Source: Longimicrobiales bacterium
Lineage (GTDB): Bacteria > Gemmatimonadota > Gemmatimonadetes > Longimicrobiales > Gaopeijiaceae
Length of the DNA stretch: 64,000 nucleotides
Reading direction: 5' to 3'
Assembly (NCBI GenBank): GCA_965238005.1
Contig: OZ250165.1
Span: 448,001-512,000 of the forward strand
Translations under genes and position numbers: made by a program
In this document: positions 10,242 to 20,378 of the stretch, one piece after another
Position numbering within the stretch: the first letter of the stretch is position 1
Layout: each line of letters opens with the position of its first letter
The notes under the pieces: generated by a model
Told to the model about the DNA's origin: nothing
What the model saw: the letters and a program-made list of their open reading frames with translations, nothing else
Database searches by the model: none

Positions 10242-10907
10242 ATGCGGATCAATCAGGCAAGTCGTTGGCGCCGGGATGGGAGCTCTCTACCCGTGGTCGC
10301 GATTGCGGCTGTGGGGATCGTTCTGGGATTCGGTACGGGCCGGGAGGTAGCCGCCCAGGATCCCAATCCGCTGGGAACCGCTCTGCACGCCGTGTCTCGC
10401 CGGGTCGAGACTGTCTCTCCACGAAGCGGGCGAGCCGGAACGGTCGTCACCCTCCGGGCGACCGGCATGCCGGCGATCACCCCCGTACGGATCGGCCTTG
10501 GGGCCACCGAAGTGGGCTTCGAGGAGATCGGCCAGGCCATGACCACCGATAGCGGTGAGCTCTCTTTGACGGTGACGGTCCCGTCTTGGACGAAACCCGA
10601 CCTGACTCACGTCTTCATCGTCTTCGACTTCTACTTCGTCCCGATCGCCGTGTCGGAGGAGTTCTTCGTGCTCGCTCCGGATGGAACCGTGGTGAGGCAA
10701 GGTCGGATCACGAACGGAGTCGGGGACTGCTCGGCGCCCGGGTTGCTGACCGACCAGGGTGTGCTCTACACCCTGGCGGGGAACCTCTCGGGTTTCGGTG
10801 CCGGGGACCGCGTCATCGTCGAGGGGGGCATCGCCGAATCGGCACTTTGCCCGGGGGATGCCACGATCGAAGTCCTCCGGATACGGCCCGGTGAAGCGAA
10901 TCCATAG
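10242..10907 (+). CDS. Secreted protein: Ig-like domain plus DUF5818-like C-terminal domain
   Basis: GGAGGAG RBS before ATG 10242; signal-like N-terminus; C-terminal G.ITxxG.xC...LYTL...GDRVIVEG...C pattern. Confidence 0.6.
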   Translation: MRINQASRWRRDGSSLPVVAIAAVGIVLGFGTGREVAAQDPNPLGTALHAVSRRVETVSPRSGRAGTVVTLRATGMPAITPVRIGLGATEVGFEEIGQAMTTDSGELSLTVTVPSWTKPDLTHVFIVFDFYFVPIAVSEEFFVLAPDGTVVRQGRITNGVGDCSAPGLLTDQGVLYTLAGNLSGFGAGDRVIVEGGIAESALCPGDATIEVLRIRPGEANP

Positions 10908-11021
10908 ACGGATCGGGTGCCTGCTCCTCGGCGTCGCGTTCCAGCGGGAAACGACATCGTCCTTGTTTCTGCAAGAACACATCCCGTAGACGATCCCAAG
11001 AGCGCTGGGAGGACTTCGGTC

Positions 11022-11555
11022 CTAGGTGGGTCGGATTCCCAGAACCTGAATCCCGACGCCTTCTGGACACGCGGGGTCTTCCATGTGGATCCCGGTCACC
11101 TGCACGGTCGTACCGGGCGGGTACTCTTGCGTCAACGCGGTGAGGGCGTAGAGGCGGTCTTCCGAACTGCGCATTGCCGTGCAGGCCGTTCCCTCGTCCG
11201 TGATTCGCCCCTCGATCGTGAAGATGCCGTCTTCGTCAGCCACGTGGAACTCGCCGGAGAACGCGAAGGGTTGCTGTCGCTCGTCGTCGTGCGCGAGGAA
11301 GAAGAAGTGCTTGAGATCTTGCGTGGCCCACGACGGGATTTGGACGGTTGTGATCAGATACCCATTCGGGTCGGTGACGACCCGACCGAGCAGCTCCTGG
11401 TTTCCGCGCAACGCTCCAAAGCCGATGTAGACTGAGGTCTCTGGAGGGAGCCGATTCATCTCGACCGTCACCAGCTGTCCAGGCGGACCCGCAGGAGGAG
11501 ATATGGAAGGTCCCATCTCCTGTACGCGGGGTCGGTCTGGTCTCGAGACAAGCAT
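11022..11555 (-). CDS. Paralog of 10242-10907 (Ig-like plus DUF5818-like), probably 5'-truncated
   Basis: Shares SP..G..G..VT, IG.GA, .PSW....L.H.F, S.EF.V...DG and GRIT....C...LY.L...C with the convergent gene. Confidence 0.6.
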   Translation of the reverse strand: MLVSRPDRPRVQEMGPSISPPAGPPGQLVTVEMNRLPPETSVYIGFGALRGNQELLGRVVTDPNGYLITTVQIPSWATQDLKHFFFLAHDDERQQPFAFSGEFHVADEDGIFTIEGRITDEGTACTAMRSSEDRLYALTALTQEYPPGTTVQVTGIHMEDPACPEGVGIQVLGIRPT

Positions 11556-11807
11556 GCGAGTTCCTTCGCGTGGGCGCACGGAGGACTATCGAGCCGGCCG
11601 CGAAGCGGTGGGGGCCAGCGGCGGGAAGATCGCATCACGGGGCAAACATATCAAGCGAAACGCGAGGCGACGACGCCTGCTCTCACTGAACCGTGAAAAG
11701 GCCAGTAATCTCGCAGCAGACGGGGTTTTCCCCACCCCCAGAGGTCTTGCCCCGTTTTGGCTGAGGTCCTAACCTGATAATGGATAAAACTCAGGAAGCG
11801 AGACACT

Positions 11808-14282
11808 ATGAAGGCACTCGTTTCGGCCCCCATCGTACTGGGCACGTTGCTACTGCTCGTTGGACAAACGGCTAGTACCGATCCCTCTGGAGGGGCCACG
11901 AGTAATGCCCTCGCGGGGCTTTCAGCCCTACCCGCCTCGGGCGCGGCACACGCAACTTTGGGCCTCGGCACCTACAGTGGTGAGGCCGCCGATCTGACCC
12001 CCGAAGAGCTGACTGCCGTCGTCCGGCAGTACTGCCAGGTCTGCCACAACAACGTGATGTTGACCGGCAACCTGTCGCTCGAGGAATTCGCCGTAGAGAC
12101 GGTAACGGAGTCGGTGGAGACGGGCGAGAAGATGATCCGCAAGCTGCGGGCAGGTATGATGCCGCCTCCGGGCATGCCTCGACCCGGAGCCGACACGTTG
12201 TTGGCTGTAGTCGAAACGCTGGAAAACGAGATCGACGCCGCGGCCGCTCTGAATCCGAACCCGGGCATCCGGACGTTCCCGAGGCTCAACCGCCCAGAGT
12301 ACGAGAGTATGATCTACGACCTCCTGGCACTCGAAGTGAATGCCGGAGATTGGCTGCCTCTCGACACCAAGAGTGAAAACTTCGACAACATCGCGGACGC
12401 CCAGGCGCTTTCGCCGACGCTGCTGGAGGCCTACCTGAACGCGGCGACTGAGATCAGCCTCTTAGGGGTCGGCGATGCCGACGCGCCGGCGGTCAACACG
12501 ACGTACAGCAACGCCGAATACATCTCGCAGCATCCGTGGGATCACGTCGAGGGAGCTCCGTTCGGGACGCGTGGCGGGATGGTTGTCGACCACATCTTCC
12601 CGGCTGACGCGGAGTACTTCCTCGAGATGACGTTCCGCGCGGGGAGTAACTCCCGCCTCCATGATATCGACGTTTCGATCGATGGTGAGAGCGTCGCGAC
12701 CCTGCACTACGAGGGGTTTGAGCGGGGCGTTGCATTGCGGACCGATCCGATCTTCCTGAGAGCTGGGCAACACAAGGTGTCCGTTGCCTTCATCAGGCAG
12801 GCTGAGGGCCCATACGAAGATTTGATCCGCCCACACGTCTGGGCTTTGGCCGGTGGCGGATCGGGGGGCGCGGGCGTCACGACCCTGCCTCACCTGAGGG
12901 ACCTGGTCGTCGGTGGGCCCTTTAACGCCACCGGGGTTTCGGAGACGCCCAGCCGCCGGAAGATCTTTGTCTGCCGCCCGACGGCGGCCAGTGAAGAAGA
13001 AAGGTGCGCCAGAGAGATCATCTCGAACCTCGTAACCAAGGCGTACCGTCGTCCGGCCACGACCGAGGACGTCGATGGCCTGATGATGTTCTACGATTCC
13101 GGCTCCGAGGACGGGACGTTCGAAGACGGAGTGAGGACCGCCCTGGAAGCGATCTTGGCGAGCCCCCACTTCGTGTTCAGGATCGAGCGCGAGATGGACG
13201 TCACGCCGGGAGAGAACTATCGGCTGAGCGATGTCGACCTCGCCAACAGACTATCGTTCTTCCTGTGGGGCAGCCCCCCGGACGAAGAGCTGCTCTCACT
13301 CGCTTCCCGCGGTGAGCTTCGGGAGGGTGGAGGGCTCGAGCGGAAGGCAAGGCGGATGCTCTCGGATCCACGCTCCGAGGCGCTTGGTTCTCGCTTCGTA
13401 GCGCAGTGGTTCCGGCTTCAGGATCTGTACAAGAACCACCCAGACCCGAACTTCTTCCCGAACTTCGACGAGAACCTCGCCGATGCGATGGCGAAGGAAA
13501 CGGAGATGTTCTTCGTCAATCTGGTCCGCGAGGACCGGAGTGTCTTCGAGCTTTACAACGCAGACTACACCTTCGTGAATGAGCGTCTGGCCCGGCACTA
13601 TGGGTATCCGGACGAGGCAGGTGACCACTTCCGCCGCGTACAGTCCGACCCGAACCGCAGGGGCATCTTCGGGCATGGCAGCATTCTCGTGCTGACGGCG
13701 TTCCCCAACCGGACCTCTCCGGTGTTGCGAGGGAAGTGGGTGATGGAAGTACTGCTCGGTACACCGCCGCCACCGCCTCCGCCGGGTGTGCCCGACCTGG
13801 AGGCAACCGAGGGCTCGGAGGGCGGGAGGATGCTTACGACCCGCGAGCGAATGGAGACGCACCGCGCGAATCCAGTGTGTCAGTCTTGCCACAAGTACAT
13901 GGACCCCATGGGCTTGGCCTTGGACAACTTCGACGTCACCGGGCAGTGGCGGGTTCGGGAGAACGGCCAACCGCTCGACACGCGGGGTGAGCTCTACGAC
14001 GGAACCCCGCTCTCGAATCCCGCCGATTTGGTTGAAGCCCTCCTGAACCGACCCATACCGCTGGTGAGGACCTTCACGCTGAACCTCATGGCGTATGCGA
14101 TGGGTCGGCGCATAGAGTACACGGACCAGCCGGCGCTCCGGAAGATCGTCAAAGAGGCCGAGGAGGACGGATACAGGATGTCGTCCTTCATTATGGCAGT
14201 AGTAAACAGTGAGCCCTTCCAGATGAAGCGGGCGGTAGCTGTGGCGGAAGATGCAGAAGTCAACGGAAACGATCGGCAGTAA
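11808..14282 (+). CDS. DUF1592-family (PSD/PSCyt, DUF1587/1595/1592/1588/1585) heme c protein
   Basis: Signal peptide; CQVCH and CQSCH heme motifs; RLNRPEY, RLSFFLW, RTSPVLRGKW and PPPPPP motifs. Confidence 0.9.
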   Translation: MKALVSAPIVLGTLLLLVGQTASTDPSGGATSNALAGLSALPASGAAHATLGLGTYSGEAADLTPEELTAVVRQYCQVCHNNVMLTGNLSLEEFAVETVTESVETGEKMIRKLRAGMMPPPGMPRPGADTLLAVVETLENEIDAAAALNPNPGIRTFPRLNRPEYESMIYDLLALEVNAGDWLPLDTKSENFDNIADAQALSPTLLEAYLNAATEISLLGVGDADAPAVNTTYSNAEYISQHPWDHVEGAPFGTRGGMVVDHIFPADAEYFLEMTFRAGSNSRLHDIDVSIDGESVATLHYEGFERGVALRTDPIFLRAGQHKVSVAFIRQAEGPYEDLIRPHVWALAGGGSGGAGVTTLPHLRDLVVGGPFNATGVSETPSRRKIFVCRPTAASEEERCAREIISNLVTKAYRRPATTEDVDGLMMFYDSGSEDGTFEDGVRTALEAILASPHFVFRIEREMDVTPGENYRLSDVDLANRLSFFLWGSPPDEELLSLASRGELREGGGLERKARRMLSDPRSEALGSRFVAQWFRLQDLYKNHPDPNFFPNFDENLADAMAKETEMFFVNLVREDRSVFELYNADYTFVNERLARHYGYPDEAGDHFRRVQSDPNRRGIFGHGSILVLTAFPNRTSPVLRGKWVMEVLLGTPPPPPPPGVPDLEATEGSEGGRMLTTRERMETHRANPVCQSCHKYMDPMGLALDNFDVTGQWRVRENGQPLDTRGELYDGTPLSNPADLVEALLNRPIPLVRTFTLNLMAYAMGRRIEYTDQPALRKIVKEAEEDGYRMSSFIMAVVNSEPFQMKRAVAVAEDAEVNGNDRQ

Positions 14283-14308
14283 CGAACACGTACGAGGAGA
14301 CTGAAACG

Positions 14309-15760
14309 ATGCATTTCATCACTGGGAAACACCTGTCCCGCCGGACGTTCCTCCACGGGATGGGAGCGACAGTGGGGATGGGGTTGCCGTTCCTCGACGT
14401 GATGGTTCCTGCCGGACGTGCCGGACGTGTCTGGGGGAAAAAGGACCGTGCGTCGTCCGCAGCGGACGAGCGGACGCGTCTGGTCTGTATCGAGGAGGTG
14501 CACGGGCTTCCCGGCTGTAACGAGTGGGGTGCGACCCAAAGCCTCTTCGCCCCCGCGACCGCGGGGCGCGACTTCGAGTTGCTGCCCGAGAACGCATTGA
14601 GTCCCCTGCGGGACTTTCAGGATTACATGACTATTGTCAGCAACACTGACGTGCGTAACGCGGAGGCGTTGGCCACACCCGAGATCGGCGGTGACCACTT
14701 CCGCTCGAGCGCCGTGTTCCTGACGCAGTCCCACCCCAAGCAGACACAGGGCTCGGACCTGTGGGTAGGGACGTCGCTCGACCAGATGTATGCGCAGCGC
14801 TTCGGCCAGGACACACCGTTGCCCTCGATGCAGTTCTGCATCGAAAACCTCGATCAGGCTGGTGGCTGCACGTACAACTACTCGTGCGCGTACACGGACT
14901 CGATCAGCTGGGCGACGCCCAGCGAGCCGCTCCCCATGATCCGTGACCCGCGGGTCGCCTTCGACCTGCTGTTCGGTGCGGGCGGCACGGAGGAGGAGCG
15001 CACGGCACGACGGCAGAGTCGCCGCAGTATCCTCGACTGGATCAAGGACGAGATCGAGTCTCTGGAGAGGCAGTTGGGTGCGGTCGACCGTGCACGCATG
15101 GAACAGTATCTGAACAATGTGCGCGAGATCGAGCGCCGGATCGCCATGATCGAGGAGCGCAACAGCAGCGGCGAGGCCCGGGAGCTGCCCGAGGCCCCGG
15201 CGGGCGTGCCGGACTCGTTCGCGGAGCATACAAGGCTGATGTACGACCTCCAGGTGCTCGCGCTCGAGACGAACATGACCCGTATCACGAGCTTCAAGCT
15301 CGGACGCGACGCCAACAACCGTGCGCACCCCGAGAGCGGCTCGGCCAAGTCGTTCCATCCCGCGTCTCACCACGGTGGCAAGGAAGAGGCGATCTTGGAG
15401 TTCAACAAGATCTGCCAATACCGGATGGGGACGCTCCCGTACTTCCTGGAGAAGATGCAGAACACCATGGAAGGCGATCAGAGCTTGCTCGACAAAACGA
15501 TGATTATCTGGGGATCGCCGATGGCCGACGCCAACCTCCACAATCACCGGCGGTGCCCGCTCGTCCTGCTCGGCGGTGCCAACGGCGAGCTGGAGGGGAA
15601 CCTCCATCTCAAGGCGCCTGACGACATGCCAATGGCGAACGTGATGCTGACCCTGCTGCACAAGCTCGGGTTGGACGACTTGACGCAGTTCGGGGACTCT
15701 ACCGGCGAGTTCTCGCTGAGCTATAGCGGTGACGTCGCGGAAGCACAGAGAAACGGCTAG
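14309..15760 (+). CDS. DUF1552 domain protein, Tat-exported
   Basis: LSRRTFL Tat motif; SLDQMYAQ, YTDSISW, SILDW and FHPASHH; standard position downstream of DUF1592. Confidence 0.9.
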   Translation: MHFITGKHLSRRTFLHGMGATVGMGLPFLDVMVPAGRAGRVWGKKDRASSAADERTRLVCIEEVHGLPGCNEWGATQSLFAPATAGRDFELLPENALSPLRDFQDYMTIVSNTDVRNAEALATPEIGGDHFRSSAVFLTQSHPKQTQGSDLWVGTSLDQMYAQRFGQDTPLPSMQFCIENLDQAGGCTYNYSCAYTDSISWATPSEPLPMIRDPRVAFDLLFGAGGTEEERTARRQSRRSILDWIKDEIESLERQLGAVDRARMEQYLNNVREIERRIAMIEERNSSGEARELPEAPAGVPDSFAEHTRLMYDLQVLALETNMTRITSFKLGRDANNRAHPESGSAKSFHPASHHGGKEEAILEFNKICQYRMGTLPYFLEKMQNTMEGDQSLLDKTMIIWGSPMADANLHNHRRCPLVLLGGANGELEGNLHLKAPDDMPMANVMLTLLHKLGLDDLTQFGDSTGEFSLSYSGDVAEAQRNG

Positions 15761-15764
15761 AGAC

Positions 15765-17735
15765 ATGGCAAAGACAGTAAAGAAACCTGGTGCCCGTGTA
15801 AGCTCCTTGGGTGCTCTGGGCCTGGCCGTGCTGCTCGTGTCTCTCGCGCCGGCCGAGTCACCGGTCGCGGATGCCGCGATGCGGGGGCAGACGGACGTGG
15901 TACGGTCGCTCCTCTCGGAGGGCGCCGACGTCAATGCCGCCCACGGCGATGGGATGACCGCGCTGCATTGGGCGGCCGAGCGTGGGGACGCCGAGATGGC
16001 GGAGATGCTGATCTACAGCGGCGGAAGCGTGTACGCTGTCACCCGCATCGGTCAGTACACTCCCCTGCACTTGGCCAGCAGGTCGGGTAGCGATCGAGTC
16101 GTAGGGATGCTGATCGACGCCGACGCCGACGTGGCCGCCACGACGACGAACAGCGGCGCGACACCATTGCACGTGGCGGCGGCCTCCGGCAATGCGAAGT
16201 CCGTGGCCATGCTTGTGGAAAACGGCGCGGATATGAACGCCCGGGAATCCGCATGGCAACAAACACCCCTGATCTTCGCCGCGTCGCTGAATCGGGTGGA
16301 GGTGATCAAAGAGCTGCTCGATCGGGGCGCCGACCCGGGGATCACGAGTGAGGTGATGGACCTCCAGCTGCAGGGCCGCCTGGATCGCGCGGCTTCTCAG
16401 CGCTACACCGAGGCCCTCTCCGGCTTCCAGCAAGGGGAGGAGACGACGCTCTCCTCCCAGACCGTCTCTTCGGCCCGGGTCGGTGTGCGAGCCCGCGTCC
16501 GCACGCCGGGTGAGATGGAGGCAGCGACGCTAGCGGCGAGGAAGGTATACGAATCCGGCGTGGTCCCGGAGGGCCAGGGTGACGATCCGAGAGGCAGTGG
16601 TGGAGAGTCGAACATCGAACACCAGGGGGGTCTCACTCCCCTTCTTCATGCGGTTCGGCAGGGGTACCTCGAAGCCACCGAAGCGCTGCTCGACGGAGGT
16701 GCCGACATCAATCAGGTGAGCGCGGGTGACGGTACCAGCCCACTGCTCATGGCGACGATCAATAGTCAGTACGACGCGGCGCTTCTCCTGATCGAGCGTG
16801 GTGCGGATCCGAACATCGCGTCGAGCTTGAACGGGATTGCCCCGCTTTGGGCGACCATCAATTCACGTTGGCAGCCCCGTACTCGGTTTCCACAACCGCA
16901 GCAGCAGGGACAACAGAATTCGGCGTATCTGGACGTGACGAAGGCGCTTCTCGAGGCTGGAGCCGATCCGGACGCACGGACCACGAAGCATCCCTGGTAT
17001 ATGGTCTACTCGGGATGTGGAAACAGAAACTGTGGCCTCGTCAACACCTGGGGTGCGACGGCGTTTTGGCGTGCCGCGTACGGAACGGACGTGCGGGCCA
17101 TGCGGCTACTCGTCGAATACGGCGCGGATCCGCATGTGGCGACGATCAAGCCGCCGCCGCGGCGACGCTTCAATCGTGACCAAGGGAACGCCAGGGGGAA
17201 TAATCCCGGTGAGGTGAGCGACTCCGCTCGTGTGGCCCGCCTCGCGGCACCGTGGTTCCTCCAGTCGGGGTTCAAGCCGGAAGAGGAGAAGAAGCCTGAC
17301 TCCGACGATGGCGGCGAAGGTCAGGGAGACCAGTCCGGCTTGCCGCCGGTGGAGGAAGGTGGACCGGGCGTGTGGCCCATGCACGCGGCGTCCGGCGTCG
17401 GATATGGTGAGGGCTATGCGGGTAACGCCCACCGGCATGCGCCCAACGGCTGGCTGTCCTCGGTGAGGTACCTCGTCGAGGAGTTGGGCGTCGACGTGAA
17501 CCAGAGGGATCACAGCGGTTACACCGCGATGCACCATGCGGCCGCCCGGGGGGATACCGAGTTGATCCTCTACCTCGTGGAAATGGGCGGAGACGTGATG
17601 GTGGTGAGTAGGGCCGGGCAGACGACGGTGGACATGGCGAACGGACCTGTGTCCCGCGTCTCACCGTACCCTGAGGCCATTGCCCTTTTGGAGAGCCTCG
17701 GCGCCGTCAACAACCACGATTGTAAGTCATGCTGA
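15765..17735 (+). CDS. Secreted ankyrin repeat protein
   Basis: Many TALH/TPLH/TPLL ankyrin repeats; signal peptide; C-terminal CKSC. Confidence 0.9.
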   Translation: MAKTVKKPGARVSSLGALGLAVLLVSLAPAESPVADAAMRGQTDVVRSLLSEGADVNAAHGDGMTALHWAAERGDAEMAEMLIYSGGSVYAVTRIGQYTPLHLASRSGSDRVVGMLIDADADVAATTTNSGATPLHVAAASGNAKSVAMLVENGADMNARESAWQQTPLIFAASLNRVEVIKELLDRGADPGITSEVMDLQLQGRLDRAASQRYTEALSGFQQGEETTLSSQTVSSARVGVRARVRTPGEMEAATLAARKVYESGVVPEGQGDDPRGSGGESNIEHQGGLTPLLHAVRQGYLEATEALLDGGADINQVSAGDGTSPLLMATINSQYDAALLLIERGADPNIASSLNGIAPLWATINSRWQPRTRFPQPQQQGQQNSAYLDVTKALLEAGADPDARTTKHPWYMVYSGCGNRNCGLVNTWGATAFWRAAYGTDVRAMRLLVEYGADPHVATIKPPPRRRFNRDQGNARGNNPGEVSDSARVARLAAPWFLQSGFKPEEEKKPDSDDGGEGQGDQSGLPPVEEGGPGVWPMHAASGVGYGEGYAGNAHRHAPNGWLSSVRYLVEELGVDVNQRDHSGYTAMHHAAARGDTELILYLVEMGGDVMVVSRAGQTTVDMANGPVSRVSPYPEAIALLESLGAVNNHDCKSC

Positions 17736-17806
17736 TGTAGCGACCCTCGCGGTCTCCACGAGGCGTCTGCAAAGTGACCGAGCCCACGCATCAAGTTCTC
17801 GTCCGC

Positions 17807-18289
17807 TCACTTAAGACACTCAAGATCCGGGCCATCGACGAAGGCTCTATGGCAGTTTCGGCAGGAACCATCCACCGCCGTCACGGCCTCCTCCACGGCG
17901 CCGATATCCCCCGCGTAGACGGCGTCCAGCAGACCACTCGCGGCGTCCTGGAGACCCTTCAAGACTTCCCGGAATTCATCCGCATCCTGCCAGATCTCGT
18001 CCTTGGCACGAGAATCGTCCCCACCGGAGCCCTCCGGAAAGATGTCGGTCGCCATGACCGCGAGCCGTTGGAGCGCCGTAGCGTGAGCCAGGATGTGGCT
18101 GCGATACCCGACTTCGTCATCCACGATCTGGGTGACCGCGCATTGGTGTGCGGCGAGTCCCTGCATCACCGACTGACGGTACTCCACTATCGGTGACGCG
18201 TCGTCCTGCGCCGTGGCGCTGGTCGGCGAAACGAGGGCGAGGGCGCCCAGAAGGGCTCCTGACACGAACCTCATCGATGTAAGCGTCAC
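17807..18289 (-). CDS. Cytochrome c' (class II cytochrome c)
   Basis: Signal peptide, YRQSVM, FPEGS, AKDEIW and C-terminal CRNCH. Confidence 0.88.
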   Translation of the reverse strand: MTLTSMRFVSGALLGALALVSPTSATAQDDASPIVEYRQSVMQGLAAHQCAVTQIVDDEVGYRSHILAHATALQRLAVMATDIFPEGSGGDDSRAKDEIWQDADEFREVLKGLQDAASGLLDAVYAGDIGAVEEAVTAVDGSCRNCHRAFVDGPDLECLK

Positions 18290-18450
18290 AGTCGTTCTCC
18301 CGCTGATTGTTTAGCGGCTCCAACTCGATGGCACGAGGACATCGACCGACGGCGGCCGTCCGGATCGACCGTAGTCTCTGGGACACTACTGCCCCGTCAT
18401 CACCATGCTCACCCAAGCAGTAACTGCGTTTGCTGATACCGCCTGTGCCC

Positions 18451-20238
18451 TCAGTGACCCTTGTTCCGGATCGCTTCCTTGATGATGGCAACCGTGCGCT
18501 TCGCACGCGCGTCGGATATCTCGCGGGCCCACTCGAGCGACTGAGATAGGTCGGCGATCGAAACACCATTGATCACCGCCTGGTGCGTCTTCACCCGCTC
18601 TTGCCACCGAACGGAGTTGATGTCCGTGAGCATCATGTTGAGCGTGATGCCCGGGCTGTCGTGCAGCCCGTCCCGGGGCATCTCGTCCGTCGTGACGCCC
18701 AGTTCGCGAAGCACGTTGCGAGAGGCCTCGGGCGCCCTGTAGTACTCGCCGATGTGCGCAACGACCGGACTGCCGTGCCACTGCGCGTTTAGCTTCTCCG
18801 AAACCGCAGCCTGGCCACTCTGATTCCCACCACTGTCACCGATGAAGATGATGTTCTCGAAGCCGTGCATCTTCAGGCTGTGGGCCACGTCGATGAGCAC
18901 CGCCTCGAAGGTTTCCTGCCGAAGGCTGAGCGTTCCCGGGCTTCTCATGTGCCCGCTCTGGGGCTCGATGGAGCCCTCGGGCACCAGCTCCATGATCGGA
19001 GCGCAGAGGGCGTTCCCGAGCTTGCGCGCGATCGCGTCACAGTTGGCGCGCAGCACGTAGTTGTGCTTGCCCGTTACGAGCCATGGGCCGTTCGGCTCGA
19101 TGCCCCCGGTCGAAATGATGGCCGTCGTCTTGCCCGCGGCGAGCGCATCGCGGACGTCCATCCACGTCATCTCCTCAATCCACACCGTGCTGGCGGTGGG
19201 CAGAGGATTCGGCGTGTCGGAACAGTTGTACGCGTTCTGACGGCAGTCACCGCCGCCCATGGTGCGCGGGTCGGGCGCCGGCCGCTCTCCGCGCCCCGCG
19301 AACTGCCGCTGTGCGCGCGGGTTAGCAGGCAGTGTTCCCTTGTTCGCGATCGCTTCCCTGATCGCGGCAGCGGTGCTCCACGCCCGGAAGTCGACAATCT
19401 GCCTCGCCCACTCGAGCGACTGCACGCGGTCGGCGATCGAGACGCCGTTGATGCTCGCCAAGCCCGCCGCGCTGCGCTCGTCGTACCGCACCGACGACGG
19501 ATCGGTGATCATCATGTTGAGCGTGATGACGGGGTCGTCGTGCAGGTTGTCCCTCTCCCCGCCCACCAAGCCCTGCCCTTCCATGTAACGTCCGACGCTC
19601 CCGTAGTCATAATACTCCTGGACATGCGCCACGACCGGGCTGGCCTCCCACTCACCGTTCAACTTCTCGGCCACGGCTCTCTGACCACTCTGGTTCCCGC
19701 CGCTGTCACCGATGAAGAGGATGTTCTGGAAGCCGTGCATCTTCAGGCTACGCGCCACGTCTGTGAGCACCGCCTCGAAGGTCTCCTGGCGAAGGCTCAG
19801 GGTGCCCGGGCTGGTCATGTGCCCGCTCTGCGGCTCGATGGAGCCCTCCGGCACCAGCTTGATGATCGGCGTGCAGATCGCGTTTCCGAGCTCCCGCGCG
19901 ATCGCCTCACAGTTGGCGCGCAACACGTAGTTGTGCTTGCCCGTGACAAGCCAAGGACCGTTCGGGTCCATGCCCCCGGTCGAAATGATGGCCGTCGTCT
20001 TGCCGGCGGCGAGCGCGTCCCGGACATCCATCCACGTCATCTCTTCCAGCCACACTGTGCTCGCCGTGGGCAGCGGATTCGGCGTATCCACGCAGTTGTA
20101 CACGTTGTCTCGGCAGTCCCCGCCACCCATCGTGCGCGGATCGGGAGCTCGTTGCTGTCGCTGCCCAGCGGCCTGCGAGATAGGCGCCACGAGTGCAGTG
20201 GCAACGAGCACTGCACTGACGGTCAAGACTTTCTTCAT
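18451..20238 (-). CDS. Secreted creatininase-family protein with two tandem domains
   Basis: Two copies of EEMTWMDVRDALAAGKTTAIISTGG...HMxSPGTLSL...FIGDSGGNQ...LHD; signal peptide. Confidence 0.85.
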   Translation of the reverse strand: MKKVLTVSAVLVATALVAPISQAAGQRQQRAPDPRTMGGGDCRDNVYNCVDTPNPLPTASTVWLEEMTWMDVRDALAAGKTTAIISTGGMDPNGPWLVTGKHNYVLRANCEAIARELGNAICTPIIKLVPEGSIEPQSGHMTSPGTLSLRQETFEAVLTDVARSLKMHGFQNILFIGDSGGNQSGQRAVAEKLNGEWEASPVVAHVQEYYDYGSVGRYMEGQGLVGGERDNLHDDPVITLNMMITDPSSVRYDERSAAGLASINGVSIADRVQSLEWARQIVDFRAWSTAAAIREAIANKGTLPANPRAQRQFAGRGERPAPDPRTMGGGDCRQNAYNCSDTPNPLPTASTVWIEEMTWMDVRDALAAGKTTAIISTGGIEPNGPWLVTGKHNYVLRANCDAIARKLGNALCAPIMELVPEGSIEPQSGHMRSPGTLSLRQETFEAVLIDVAHSLKMHGFENIIFIGDSGGNQSGQAAVSEKLNAQWHGSPVVAHIGEYYRAPEASRNVLRELGVTTDEMPRDGLHDSPGITLNMMLTDINSVRWQERVKTHQAVINGVSIADLSQSLEWAREISDARAKRTVAIIKEAIRNKGH

Positions 20239-20378
20239 AACGTCACCTCCGAAAGGTCGGGCCTCTCGTCCGAGCGGGTCCAGCGGAGAACTTCGGATCC
20301 ACCACGCCTCAACGACTCACTCCGGGATCAGACCGAGGTCAACATCCGAGAGCGGGCCGGGAGGCGCAAGCCGTCCCG

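Noticed and set aside
13994..15934. 646-aa minus-strand ORF and similar long antisense ORFs (e.g. 18865-20463, 45177-46478)
   Set aside because: They are antisense to well-supported genes, as expected from high-GC codon bias.
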